Source: Leptogorgia sarmentosa
Lineage: Eukaryota
Direction of reading: 5' to 3'
Length of the DNA stretch: 52,367 nt
Assembly: GCA_964658305.1 (NCBI GenBank)
Contig: OZ210884.1
Location: 8,432,001 to 8,484,367 of the forward strand
The notes beneath the pieces were generated by a model. That model had not been told where the DNA came from. It worked only from the letters and a program-made list of their open reading frames with translations, and made no database searches. Numbering within the stretch: position 1 is the first letter of the stretch; every line of letters begins with the position of its first letter. A program made the position numbers and the translations under genes. Below are positions 33,101 through 46,209 of the stretch, one piece after another.

Positions 33101-36100
33101 CCCTAACCCTAACCACAACTTTTCCAGCCTAACCGCAACTTTTCCAGCCTAACCCCAACCTTTTCCAGCCTAAGCCCAACCTTTTCCAGCCTAACCCCAA
33201 CCTTTTCCAGCCTAACCCCAACCTTTTCCAGCCTAACCACAACCTTTTCCAGCTTAACCGCAACCTTTTCCAGCCTAACCGCAACCTTTTCCAGCCTAAC
33301 TCCAACCTTTTCCAGCCTAACCCCAACCTTTTCCAGCCTAACCCCAACCTTTTCCAGCCTAACCCCAACCTTTTCCAGCCTAACCCCACCCTTTTCATGC
33401 CTAACCCCAACCTTTTCCAGCATAGCCCCAGCCGTTTCCTGCCTAACCGCAACCTTTCCAGCCTAACCCCAGCCTTTTCGTGCCTAACCGCAACCTTTCC
33501 AGCCTAACCCCAGCCTTTTCCAGCCTAACCGCAACCTTTGCAGCCTAACGCCACCCTTTTCCAGCCTAACCGCAACCTTTCCAGCCTAACCCCAGCCTTT
33601 TCCAGCCTAACCGCAGCCTTTTCCTGCCTAACCGCAACCTTTCCAGCCTAACCCCAGCCGTTTCCTGCCTAACCCCAGCCGTTTCCTGCCTAACCCCAGC
33701 CGTTTCCTGCCTAACCGCAACCTTTCCAGCCTAACCCCAGCCTTTTACTGCCTAACCACAACCTTTCCAGCCTAACCCCAGCCTTTTCCAGCCTAACCGC
33801 AACCTTTCCAGCCTAGCCCCAGCCTTTTACTGCCTAACCACAACCTTTCCAGCCTAACCCCAGCCTTTTCCTGCCTAACCGCAACCTTTCCAGCCTAACC
33901 CCAGAATTTTCCAGCCTAACAGCAACCTTTCCAGCCTAACCACAGCCTTTTCCTGCCTAACCGCAACCTTTCCAGCCTAACCCCAGCCTTTTTCTGCCTA
34001 ACCGCAACCTTTCCAGCCCAACCCCTGCGTTTTCCTGCCTAACCGCAACCTTTCCAGCCTAATCCCAGCCTAATCCCAGCCTTTTCCTGCCTAACCGCAA
34101 CCTTTCCAGCCTAACCCCAGCCTTTTCCAGCCTAACCGCAACCTTTTCCAGCCTAACCCCAGCCTTTTCCAGCCTAACCGCAACCTTTCCAGCCTAACCG
34201 CAACCTTTCCAGCCTAACCGCAACCTTTCCAGCCTAACCGCAACCTTTCCAGCCTAACCCCAGCCTTTCCAGCCTAACCCCAGCCTTTCCAGCCTAACCC
34301 CAGCCTTTTCCTGCCTAACCACAACCTTTCCAGCCTAACCGCAGCCTTTTCCAGCCTAACCGCAACCTTTCCAGCCTAACCCCACCCTTTTCCTGCCTAA
34401 CCGCAACCTTTCCAGCCTAACCGCAGCCTTTTCCTGCCTAACCGCAACCTTTCCAGCCTAACCCCAGCCGTTTCCTGCCTAACCGCAACCTTTCCAGCCT
34501 AACCCCAGCCTTTTCGTGCCTAACCGCAACCTTTCCTGCCTAACCCCACCCTTTTCCTGCCTAACCGCAACCTTTCCAGCCTAACCCCAGCCTTTTCCTG
34601 CCTAACCGCAACCTTTCCAGCCTAACCCCAGCCTTTTCCTGCCTAACCGCAACCTTTCCGGCCTAACCCCAGCCTTTTCCAGCCTAACCCCAGCCTTTTT
34701 CAGCCTAACCGCAACTTTCCAGACTATCCCCAGCCTTTTACTGCCTAACCACAACCTTTCCAGCTTAACCCCAGCATTTTCCTGCCTGACCGCAACCTTT
34801 CCAGGCTAACCCCAGCATTTTCCAGCCTAACCGCAACCTTTCCAGGCTAACCCCACCCTTTTCAGGCTAACCCCACCCTTTTCCTGCCTAACCGCAACCT
34901 TTCCAGCCTAACCCCAGCCTTTTCCTGCCTAACCCCACCCTTTTCTTGCCGAACCGCAACCTTTCCAGCCTAACCCCAGCCGTTTCCTGCCTAACCGTAA
35001 CCTTTCCAGCCTAACCCCAGCCTTTTCGTGCCTAACCGCAACCTTTCCTGCCTAACCCCACCCTTTTCCAGCCTAACCGCAACCTTTCCAGCCTAACCCC
35101 AGCCTTTTCCAGCCTAACCGCAACCATTCCAGCCTAACCCCACCCTTTTCCAGCCTAACCGCAACCTTTCCAGCCTAACCCCAGCCTTTTCCAGCCTAAC
35201 CGCAGCCTTTTCCTGCCTAACCGCAACCTTTCCGGCCTAACCCCAGCCTTTTCCAGCCTAACCCCAGCCTTTTTCAGCCTAACCGCAACTTTCCAGATTA
35301 TCCCCAGCCTTTTACTGCCTAACCACAACCTTTCCAGCTTAACCCCAGCATTTTCCTGCCTGACCGCAACCTTTCCAGGCTAACCCCAGCATTTTCCAGC
35401 CTAACCGCAACCTTTCCAGGCTAACCCCACCCTTTTCCTGCCTAACCGCAACATTTCCAGCCTAACCCCAGCCTTTTCCTGCCTAACCTCACCCTTTTCT
35501 TGCCGAACCGCAACCTTTCCAGCCTAACCCCAGCCGTTTCCTGCCTAACCGCAACCTTTCCAGCCTAACCCCAGCCTTTTCGTGCCTAACCGCAACCTTT
35601 CCTGCCTAACCCCACCCTTTTCCAGCCTAACCGCAACCTTTCCAGCCTAACCCCAGCCTTTTCCAGCCTAACCGCAACCATTCAAGCCTAACCCCACCCT
35701 TTTCTAGCCTAACCGCAACCTTTCCAGCCTAACCCCAGCCTTTTCCAACCTAACCGCAGCCTTTTCCTGCCTAACCGCAACCTTTCCAGCCTAACCCCAG
35801 CCGTTTCCTGCCTAAACGCAACCTTTCCAGCCTAACCCCAGCCTTTTACTGCCTAACCACAACCTTTCCAGCCTAACCCCAGCCTTTTCCAGCCTAACCG
35901 CAACCTTTCCAGCCTAACCCCAGCCTAACCGCAACCTTTCCAGCCTAACCCCAGCCTTTTCCAGCCTAACCGCAACCTTTCCAGCCTAACCCCAGCCTTT
36001 TCCTGCCTAACCGCAACCTTTCCGGCCTAACCGCAACCTTTCCGGCCTAACCCCAGCCTTTTCCAGCCTAACCCCAGCCTTTTTCAGCCTAACCGCAACC

Positions 36101-39100
36101 TTTCCAGACTATCCCCAGCCTTTTACTGCCTAACCACAACCTTTCCAGCTTAACCCCAGCATTTTCCTGCCTGACCGCAACCTTTCCAGGCTAACCCCAG
36201 CATTTTCCAGCCTAACCGCAACCTTTCCAGGCTTACCCCACCCTTTTCCTGCCTAACCGCAACCTTTCCAGCCTAACCCCAGCCTTTTCCTGCCTAACCC
36301 CACCCTTTTCTTGCCTAACCGCAACCTTTTCAGCCTAACCCCAGCCTTTTCCTGCCTAACCGCAACCTTTCCAGCCTAACCCCAGCGTTTTCCAGCCTAA
36401 GCGCAACCTTTCCAGCCTCACCACAGCATTTTCCAGCCTAACCGCAACCTTTCCAGCCTAACCCCAGCCTTTTCCAGCCTAACCGCAACCTTTCCAGCCT
36501 AACCCCACCCTTTTCCTGCCTAACCGCAACCTTTCCAGCCTAACCCCAGCCTTTTCCAGCCTAACCGCAACCTTTCCAGCCTAACCCCACCCTTTTCCTG
36601 CCTAACCGCAACCTTTCCAGCCTAACCGCAGCCTTTTCCTGCCTAACCGCAACCTTTCCAGCCTAACCCCAGCCGTTTCCTGCCTAACCGCAACCTTTCC
36701 AGCCTAACCCCAGCCTTTTCGTGCCTAACCGCAACCTTTCCTGCCTAACCCCACCCTTTTCCAGCCTAACCGCAACCTTTCCAGCCTAACCCCAGCCTTT
36801 TCCAGCCTAACCGCAACCATTCCAGCCTAACCCCAGCCTTTTCCAGCCTAACCGCAACCTTTCCAGCCTAACCCCAGCCTTTTCCAGCCTAACCGCAGCC
36901 TTTTCCTGCCTAACCGCAACCTTTGCAGCCCAACCCCAGCCGTTTCCTGCCTAACCGCAACCTTTCCAGCCTAACCCCAGCCTTTTACTGCCTAACCACA
37001 ACCTTTCCAGCCTAACCCCAGCCTTTTCCAGCCTAACCGCAACCTTTCCAGCCTAACCCCAGCCTTTTACTGCCTAACCACAACCTTTCCAGCCTAACCC
37101 CAGCCTTTTCCTGCCTAACCGCAACCTTTCCAGCCTAACCCCAGCCGTTTCCTGCCTAACCGCAACCTTTCCAGCCTAACCCCAGCCTTTTCGTGCCTAA
37201 CCGCAACCTTTCCTGCCTAACCCCACCCTTTTCCAGCCTAACCGCAACCTTTCCAGCCTAACCCCAGCCTTTTCCAGCCTAACCGCAACCATTCCAGCCT
37301 AACCCCAGCCTTTTCCAGCCTAACCGCAACCTTTCCAGCCTAACCCCAGCCTTTTCCAGCCTAACCGCAGCCTTTTCCTGCCTAACCGCAACCTTTCCAG
37401 CCCAACCCCAGCCGTTTCCTGCCTAACCGCAACCTTTCCAGCCTAACCCCAGCCTTTTACTGCCTAACCACAACCTTTCCGGCCTAACCCCAGCCTTTTC
37501 CAGCCTAACCGCAACCTTTCCAGCCTAACCCCAGCCTTTTACTGCCTAACCACAACCTTTCCAGCCTAACCCCAGCCTTTTCCTGCCTAACCGCAACCTT
37601 TCCAGCCTAACCCCAGAATTTTCCAGCCTAACCGCAACCTTTCCAGCCTAACCACAGCCTTTTCCTGCCTAACCGCAACCTTTCCAGCCTAACCCCAGCC
37701 TTTTCCTGCCTAACCGCAACCTTTCCAGCCTAACCCCTGCCTTTTCCTGCCTAACCGCAACCTTTCCAGCCTAACCCCAGCCTTTTCCTGCCTAACCGCA
37801 ACCTTTCCAGCCTAGCCCCAGCCTTTTCCAGCCTAACCGCAACCTTTCCAGCGTAACCCCAGCCTTTTTCAGCCTAACCGCAACCTTTCCAGCCTAACCC
37901 CAGCCTTTTCCAGCCTAACCGCAACCTTTCCAGCCTAACCGCAACCTTTCCAGCCTCACCGCAACCTTTCCAGCCTAACCCCAGCCTTTCCAGCCTAACC
38001 CCAGCCTTTTCCTGCCTAACCACAACCTTTCCAGCCTAACCCCAGCCTTTTCCAGCCTAACCGCAACCTTTCCAGCCTAACCCCACCCTTTTCCTGCCTA
38101 ACCGCAACCTTTCCAGCCTAACCGCAGCCTTTTCCTGCCTAACCGCAACCTTTCCAGCCTAACCCCAGCCGTTTCCTGCCTAACCGCAACCTTTCCAGCC
38201 TAACCCCAGCCTTTTCGTGCCTAACCGCAACCTTTCCTGCCTAACCCCACCCTTTTCCAGCCTAACCGCAACCTTTCCAGCCTAACCCCAGCCTTTTCCA
38301 GCCTAACCGCAACCATTCCAGCCTAACCCCAGCCTTTTCCAGCCTAACCGCAACCTTTCCAGCCTAACCCCAGCCTTTTCCAGCCTAACCGCAACCTTTC
38401 CAGCCTAACCCCAGCCGTTTCCTGCCTAACCGCAACCTTTCCAGCCTAACCCCAGCCTTTTACTGCCTAACCACAACCTTTCCAGCCTAACCCCAGCCTT
38501 TTCCAGCCTAACCGCAACCTTTCCAGCCTAACCCCAGCCTTTTACTGCCTAACCACAACCTTTCCAGCCTAACCCCAGCCTTTTCCTGCCTAACCGCAAC
38601 CTTTCCAGCCTAACCCCAGAATTTTCCAGCCTAACCGCAACCTTTCCAGCCTAACCACAGCCTTTTCCTGCCTAACCGCAACCTTTCCAGCCTAACCCCA
38701 GCCTTTTCCTGCCTAACCGCAACCTTTCCAGCCTAACCCCTGCCTTTTCCTGCCTAACCGCAACCTTTCCAGCCTAACCCCAGCCTTTTCCTGCCTAACC
38801 GCAACCTTTCCAGCCTAGCCCCAGCCTTTTCCAGCCTAACCGCAACCTTTCCAGCGTAACCCCAGCCTTTTTCAGCCTAACCGCAACCTTTCCAGCCTAA
38901 CCCCAGCCTTTTCCAGCCTAACCGCAACCTTTCCAGCCTAACCGCAACCTTTCCAGCCTCACCGCAACCTTTCCAGCCTAACCCCAGCCTTTCCAGCCTA
39001 ACCCCAGCCTTTTCCTGCCTAACCACAACCTTTCCAGCCTAACCCCAGCATTTTCCAGCCTGACCGCAACCTTTCCAGCCTAACCGCAAATTTTCCAGCC

Positions 39101-41318
39101 TAAGCGCAACATTTCCAGCCTAACCGCAACCTTTCCAGCCTAACCGCAACCTTTCCAGCCTAACCCCAGCCTAACCGCAACCTTTCCAGACTAACCCCAG
39201 TCTTTTCCAGCCTAACCCCAGCCTTTTCCTGCCTAACCGCAACCTTTCCAGCCTAACCCCCGGCCTAACCCCAGCCTTTTCCAGCCTAACCGCAACCTTT
39301 CCAGCCTAACCCCAGCCTTTTCCTGCCTAACCGCAACCTTTCCGGCCTAACCCCAGCCTTTTCCAGCCTAACCCCAGCCTTTTTCAGCTGAACCGCAGCC
39401 TTTCCTGACTATACCCAGCCTTTTACTGCCTAACCACAACCTTTCCAGCTTAACCCCAGCATTTTCCAGCCTAACCGCAACATTTCCAGCCTAACCGCAA
39501 CCTTTCCAGCCTAACCCCAGCCTTTCCAGCCTAACCCCAGCCTTTCCAGCCTAACCCCAGCCTAACCGCAACCTTTCCAGCCTAACCGCAACCTTTCCAG
39601 CCTAACCCCAGCCTAACCGCGACCTTTCCGGCCTAACCCCAGTCTTTTCCAGCCTAACCCCAGCCTTTTCCAGCCTAACCCCAGCCTTTTCCTGCCTAAC
39701 CGCAACCTTTCCAGCCTAACCCCAGCCTAACCGCAACCTTTCCAGCCTAACCCCAGCCTAACCGCAACCTTTCCAGCCTAACCGCAACCTTTCCAGCCTA
39801 ACCCCAGCCTTTTCCAGCCTAACTGCAACCTTTCCAGCCTAACCTCAGCCTTTTCCTTTCTAACCGCAACCTTTCCTGCCTAACCCCAGCCTTTTCCAGC
39901 CTAACCCCAGCCTTTTTCAGCCTAACCGCAACCTTTCCAGACTATCCCCAGCCTTTTACTGCCTAACCACAACCTTTCCAGCTTAACCCCAGCATTTTCC
40001 AGCCTAACCGCAACCTTTCCAGCCTAACCCCAGCCTTTTCCTGCCTAACCCCAGCCTTTTCCAGCCTAACCCCAGCCTTTTTCAGCCTAACCGCAACCTT
40101 TCCAGACTATCCCCAGCCTTTTACTGCCTAACCACAACCTTTCCAGCTTAACCCCAGCCTTTTCCTTTCTAACCGCAACCTTTCCAGCCTCACCACAGCA
40201 TTTTCCAGCCTAACCGCAACCTTTCCAGCCTAACCGCAACCTTTCCAGCCTAACCGCAACCTTTCCAGCCTAACCGCAACCTTTCCAGCCTAACCCCAGC
40301 CTTTTCCAGCCTAACCGCAACCTTTCCAGCCTAACCCCAGCCTTTTCGTGCCTAACCGCAACTTTTCCTGCCTAACCCCACCCTTTTCCTGCCTAACCGC
40401 AACCTTTCCAGCCTAACCCCAGCCTTTTCCTGCCTAACCGCAACCTTTCCTGCCTAACCCCACCCTTTTCTTGCCTAACCGCAACCTTTCCAGCCTAACC
40501 CCAGCCTTTTCCTGCCTAACCGCAACCTTTCCAGCCTAACCCCAGCATTTTCCAGCCTAACCGCAACCTTTCCAGCCTCACCACAGCATTTTCCAGCCTA
40601 ACCGCAACCTTTCCAGCCTAACCGCAACCTGTCCAGCCTAACCGCAACCTTTCCAGCTTAACCCCAGCCTTTTCCAGCCTAACCGCAACCTTTCCAGCCT
40701 AACCCCAGCCTTTTCTTGCCTAACCGCAACCTTTCCAGCCTAACCCCAGCCTAACCGCAACCTTTCCAGCCTAACTCCAGCCTTTTCCTGCCTAACCGCA
40801 ACCTTTCCAGCTTAACCCCAGCCTTTTCCGGCCTAACCGCAACCTTTCCAGCCTAACCCCACCCTTTTCCTGCCTAACCGCAACCTTTCCAGCCTAACCC
40901 CAGCCTTTTCCTGCCTAACCCCACCTTTTTCTTGCTTAACCGCAACCTTTCCAGCCTAACCCCAGCCTTTTCCTGCCTAACCGCAACCTTTCCAGCCTAA
41001 CCCCAGCGTTTTCAAGCCTAACCGCAACCTTTCCAGCCTCACCACAGCATTTTCCAGCCTAACCGCAACCTTTCCAGCCTAACCGCAACATTTCCAGCCT
41101 AACCGCAACCTTTCCAGCCTAACCCCAGCCTTTTCCTGCCTAACCGCAACCTTTCGAGCCTAACCGCAACCTTTTCCAGCCTAACCGCAACCTTTTCCAG
41201 CCTAACCGCAACCTTTCAAGCCTAGCCCCAACCTTTTCCAGCCTAACCCCAACCTTTTCCAGCCTACTTCCAACCTTTTCCAGCCTACCCCCAAGCTTTT
41301 CCAGCCAGCCTTTTCCTA
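33101..41318 (+). repeat. (CCCTAA)2CC plus satellite array
   Basis: Direct inspection. Confidence 0.97.
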
Positions 41319-42176
41319 CCAGACTCGCTCTGTGCGGATTGTAGGGCACTTGACGAATCCTTTCGTTTTTTTTTCTACTTCCTTGAATATTCTTGCTTTT
41401 TAACCCTTCTACAATGTTGGGATGTTGAAAAAAAACGATGAAAATAAATTTTGACGTCCGCGCATGCGCAATGGAGACTACGGACCTTGACGAAATTATT
41501 CTCGGTTTTTTCACTCAAAAATATTTTTTTTGTTTCTTCCTTGACTATTGTTGCTTTTTAATACTTTCACAATGTCTGGGATGCTGAAGAAAACGAAGAA
41601 AAAACGATGAAAATAAATTTTGACGTACGCGCATGCGCAATGCGCTTTACGAAATTAGTTTCGGTTTTTTTCACTCAAAACTTTTTTTTCCGTTTCTTCC
41701 TTGACAATTGTTACTTTTAACACTTTCACAATGTCTGGGATGTTGAAAAAACGAAGAAAAAACGAAGAAAACAAATTTTGACGCACGCGCATGCGCAGTG
41801 AAATTCACCAAACGAGTCCCACAACAACCGCGCCACAAGAGTGCAACGTAGTTAAATACAAATCCGGAATATAGCTTATTGGTTATCATGCTACGACATT
41901 GCTTTCGCCAAAGGACAAGGTGCTTATCACATATGGTCTAGGGGCCGATCTGCATCTCCCTGCTCCCTGAGTGTCCTGAATGTCAAAGTCATAGCTTGTT
42001 ACCAGTCAAGACATAGCGGGCATCCCCGATGCGTTCCGGTTGCCTTAGTAAGTCCCTACTGGCGATCTACCAGACTCGTTCTGTGCGGATGGTAGGGCAC
42101 TTGACGAATTCTTTTCGGTTTTTTTCTTGACTATTCTTGCTTTTTAACACTTTCGCAATGTCTGGGATGTTGAAGT
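41319..42176. repeat. Island B copy 4 (second subtype)
   Basis: Similar to 2268-3125, with diagnostic variants shared with copy 5. Confidence 0.93.
41866..42115 (+). ncRNA. Candidate structured Pol III ncRNA, copy 4
   Basis: As 2814-3064 with about three small differences. Confidence 0.45.
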
Positions 42177-45100
42177 CAACCTTTTCCTGCCTAACCGCAA
42201 CCTTTCCAGCCTAACCCCAGCCTTTTCCAGCCTAACCCCAGCCTTTTCCAGCCTAACCGCAACCTTTCCAGCCTAACCGCAACCTTTCCAGCCTAACCGC
42301 AACCTTTCCAGCCTAACCTAACCCCAGCCTAACCCCTGCCTTTTCCTGCCTAACCGCAACCTTTCCAGCCTAACCCCAGCCTTTTCCTGCCTAACCGCAA
42401 CCTTTCCAGCCTAGCCCCAGCCTTTTCCAGCCTAACCGCAACCTTTCCAGCCTAACCCCAGCCTTTTCCAGCCTAACCGCAACCTTTCCAGCCTAACCCC
42501 AGCCTTTTCCAGCATAACCGCAACTTTTCCAGCATAACCCCAGCCTTTTCCAGCCTAACCGCAGCCTTTCCAGTCTAACCCCAGCCTTTTTCTTCCTAAC
42601 CACAACCTTTCCAGGCTAACCCCAGCCTTTTCCTGCCTAACCGCAACCTTTTCCGCCTAACCGCAACCTTTCCAGCTAAACCTCAACCTTTCCAGCCTAA
42701 CCCCTGCCTTTTCCAGGCTAACCGCAACCTTTCCAGCCTAACCCCTATCTTTTCCAGCCTAACCGCAACCTTTCCAGCCTAACCCCAGCCTTTTCCTGCC
42801 TAACCGCAACCTTTCCAGCCTAACCCCAGCCTTTTCCAGCCTAACCCCAGCCTTTTCCAGCCTAACCCCAGCCTTTTCCAGCCTAACCGCAACCTTTCCA
42901 GCCTAACCGCAACCTTTCCAGCCTAACCGCAACCTTTCCAGCCTAACCGCAACCTTTCCAGCCTAACCGCAACCTTTCCAGCCTAACCGCAACCTTTCCA
43001 GCGTAACCGCAACCTTACCAGCGTAACCGCAACCTTTCCAGCCTAACCTAACCCCAGCCTAACCCCAGCCTTTTCCTGCCTAACCCCAGCCTTTTCCAGC
43101 CTAACCCCAGCCTTTTCCAGCCTAACCGCAACCTTTCCAGCCTAACCCCAGCCTTTTCCTGCCTAACCGCAACCTTTCCAGTCTAACCCCAGCCTTTTAC
43201 TGCCTAACCGCAACCTTTCCAGCCTAACCCCAGTCTTTTCCAGCCTAACCCCAGCCTTTTCCTGCCTAACCGCAACCTTTCCAGCCTAACCCCCGGCCTA
43301 ACCCCAGCCTTTTCCAGCCTAACCGCAACCTTTCCAGCCTAACCCCAGCCTTTTCCTGCCTAACCGCAACCTTTCCGGCCTAACCCCAGCCTTTTCCAGC
43401 CTAACCCCAGCCTTTTTCAGCTTAACCGCAGCCTTTCCTGACTATACCCAGCCTTTTACTGCCTAACCACAACCTTTCCAGCTTAACCCCAGCATTTTCC
43501 AGCCTAACCGCAACATTTCCAGCCTAACCGCAACCTTTCCAGCCTAACCCCAGCCTTTCCAGCCTAACCCCAGCCTTTCCAGCCTAACCCCAGCCTAACC
43601 GCAACCTTTCCAGCCTAACCGCAACCTTTCCAGCCTAACCCCAGCCTAACCGCGACCTTTCCGGCCTAACCCCAGTCTTTTCCAGCCTAACCCCAGCCTT
43701 TTCCAGCCTAACCCCAGCCTTTTCCTGCCTAACCGCAACCTTTCCAGCCTAACCCCAGCCTAACCGCAACCTTTCCAGCCTAACCCCAGCCTAACCGCAA
43801 CCTTTCCAGCCTAACCGCAACCTTTCCAGCATAACCCCAGCCTTTTCCAGCCTAACTGCAACCTTTCCAGCCTAACCTCAGCCTTTTCCTTTCTAACCGC
43901 AACCTTTCCTGCCTAACCCCAGCCTTTTCCAGCCTAACCCCAGCCTTTTTCAGCCTAACCGCAACCTTTCCAGACTATCCCCAGCCTTTTACTGCCTAAC
44001 CACAACCTTTCCAGCTTAACCCCAGCATTTTCCAGCCTAACCGCAACCTTTCCAGCCTAACCCCAGCCTTTTCCTGCCTAACCCCAGCCTTTTCCAGCCT
44101 ATCCCCAGCCTTTTTCAGCCTAACCGCAACCTTTCCAGACTATCCCCAGCCTTTTACTGCCTAACCACAACCTTTCCAGCTTAACCCCAGCCTTTTCCTT
44201 TCTAACCGCAACCTTTCCAGCCTCACCACAGCATTTTCCAGCCTAACCGCAACCTTTCCAGCCTAACCGCAACCTTTCCAGCCTAACCGCAACCTTTCCA
44301 GCCTAACCGCAACCTTTCCAGCCTAACCCCAGCCTTTTCCAGCCTAACCGCAACCTTTCCAGCCTAACCCCAGCCTTTTCGTGCCTAACCGCAACTTTTC
44401 CTGCCTAACCCCACCCTTTTCCTGCCTAACCGCAACCTTTCCAGCCTAACCCCAGCCTTTTCCTGCCTAACCGCAACCTTTCCTGCCTAACCCCACCCTT
44501 TTCTTGCCTAACCGCAACCTTTCCAGCCTAACCCCAGCCTTTTCCTGCCTAACCGCAACCTTTCCAGCCTAACCCCAGCATTTTCCAGCCTAACCGCAAC
44601 CTTTCCAGCCTCACCACAGCATTTTCCAGCCTAACCGCAACCTTTCCAGCCTAACCGCAACCTGTCCAGCCTAACCGCAACCTTTCCAGCCTAACCCCAG
44701 CCTTTTCCAGCCTAACCGCAACCTTTCCAGCCTAACCCCAGCCTTTTCTTGCCTAACCGCAACCTTTCCAGCCTAACCCCAGCCTAACCGCAACCTTTCC
44801 AGCCTAACTCCAGCCTTTTCCTGCCTAACCGCAACCTTTCCAGCTTAACCCCTGCCTTTTCCGGCCTAACCGCAACCTTTCCAGCCTAACCCCACCCTTT
44901 TCCTGCCTAACCGCAACCTTTCCAGCCTATCCCCAGCCTTTTCCTGCCTAACCCCACCTTTTTCTTGCTTAACCGCAACCTTTCCAGCCTAACCCCAGCC
45001 TTTTCCTGCCTAACCGCAACCTTTCCAGCCTAACCCCAGCGTTTTCAAGCCTAACCGCAACCTTTCCAGCCTCACCACAGCATTTTCCAGCCTAACCGCA

Positions 45101-45351
45101 ACCTTTCCAGCCTAACCGCAACATTTCCAGCCTAACCGCAACCTTTCCAGCCTAACCCCAGCCTTTTCCTGCCTAACCGCAACCTTTCGAGCCTAACCGC
45201 AACCTTTTCCAGCCTAACCGCAACCTTTTCCAGCCTAACCGCAACCTTTCAAGCCTAGCCCCAACCTTTTCCAGCCTAACCCCAACCTTTTCCAGCCTAC
45301 TTCCAACCTTTTCCAGCCTACCCCCAAGCTTTTCCAGCCAGCCTTTTCCTA
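42177..45351 (+). repeat. Satellite array
   Basis: Direct inspection. Confidence 0.97.
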
Positions 45352-46209
45352 CCAGACTCGCTCTGTGCGGATTGTAGGGCACTTGACGAATCCTTTCGTT
45401 TTTTTTTCTACTTCCTTGAATATTCTTGCTTTTTAACCCTTCTACAATGTTGGGATGTTGAAAAAAAACGATGAAAATAAATTTTGACGTCCGCGCATGC
45501 GCAATGGAGACTACGGACCTTGACGAAATTATTCTCGGTTTTTTCACTCAAAAATATTTTTTTTGTTTCTTCCTTGACTATTGTTGCTTTTTAATACTTT
45601 CACAATGTCTGGGATGCTGAAGAAAACGAAGAAAAAACGATGAAAATAAATTTTGACGTACGCGCATGCGCAATGCGCTTTACGAAATTAGTTTCGGTTT
45701 TTTTCACTCAAAACTTTTTTTTCCGTTTCTTCCTTGACAATTGTTACTTTTAACACTTTCACAATGTCTGGGATGTTGAAAAAACGAAGAAAAAACGAAG
45801 AAAACAAATTTTGACGCACGCGCATGCGGAGTGAAATTCACCAAACGAGTCCCACAACAACCACGCCACAAGAGTGCAACGTAGTTAAATACAAATCCGG
45901 AATATAGCTTATTGGTTATCATGCTACGACATTGCTTTCGCCAAAGGACAAGGTGCTTATCACATATGGTCTAGGGGCCGATCTGCATCTCCCTGCTCCC
46001 TGAGTGTCCTGAATGTCAAAGTCATAGCTTGTTACCAGTCAAGACATAGCGGGCATCCCCGATGCGTTCCCGTTGCCTTAGTAAGTCCCTACTGGCGATC
46101 TACCAGACTCGTTCTGTGCGGATGGTAGGGCACTTGACGAATTCTTTTCGGTTTTTTTCTTGACTATTCTTGCTTTTTAACACTTTCGCAATGTCTAGGA
46201 TGTTGAAGT
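45352..46209. repeat. Island B copy 5 (second subtype)
   Basis: Copy of 41319-42176 at offset 4033. Confidence 0.93.
45899..46148 (+). ncRNA. Candidate structured Pol III ncRNA, copy 5
   Basis: As copy 4. Confidence 0.45.
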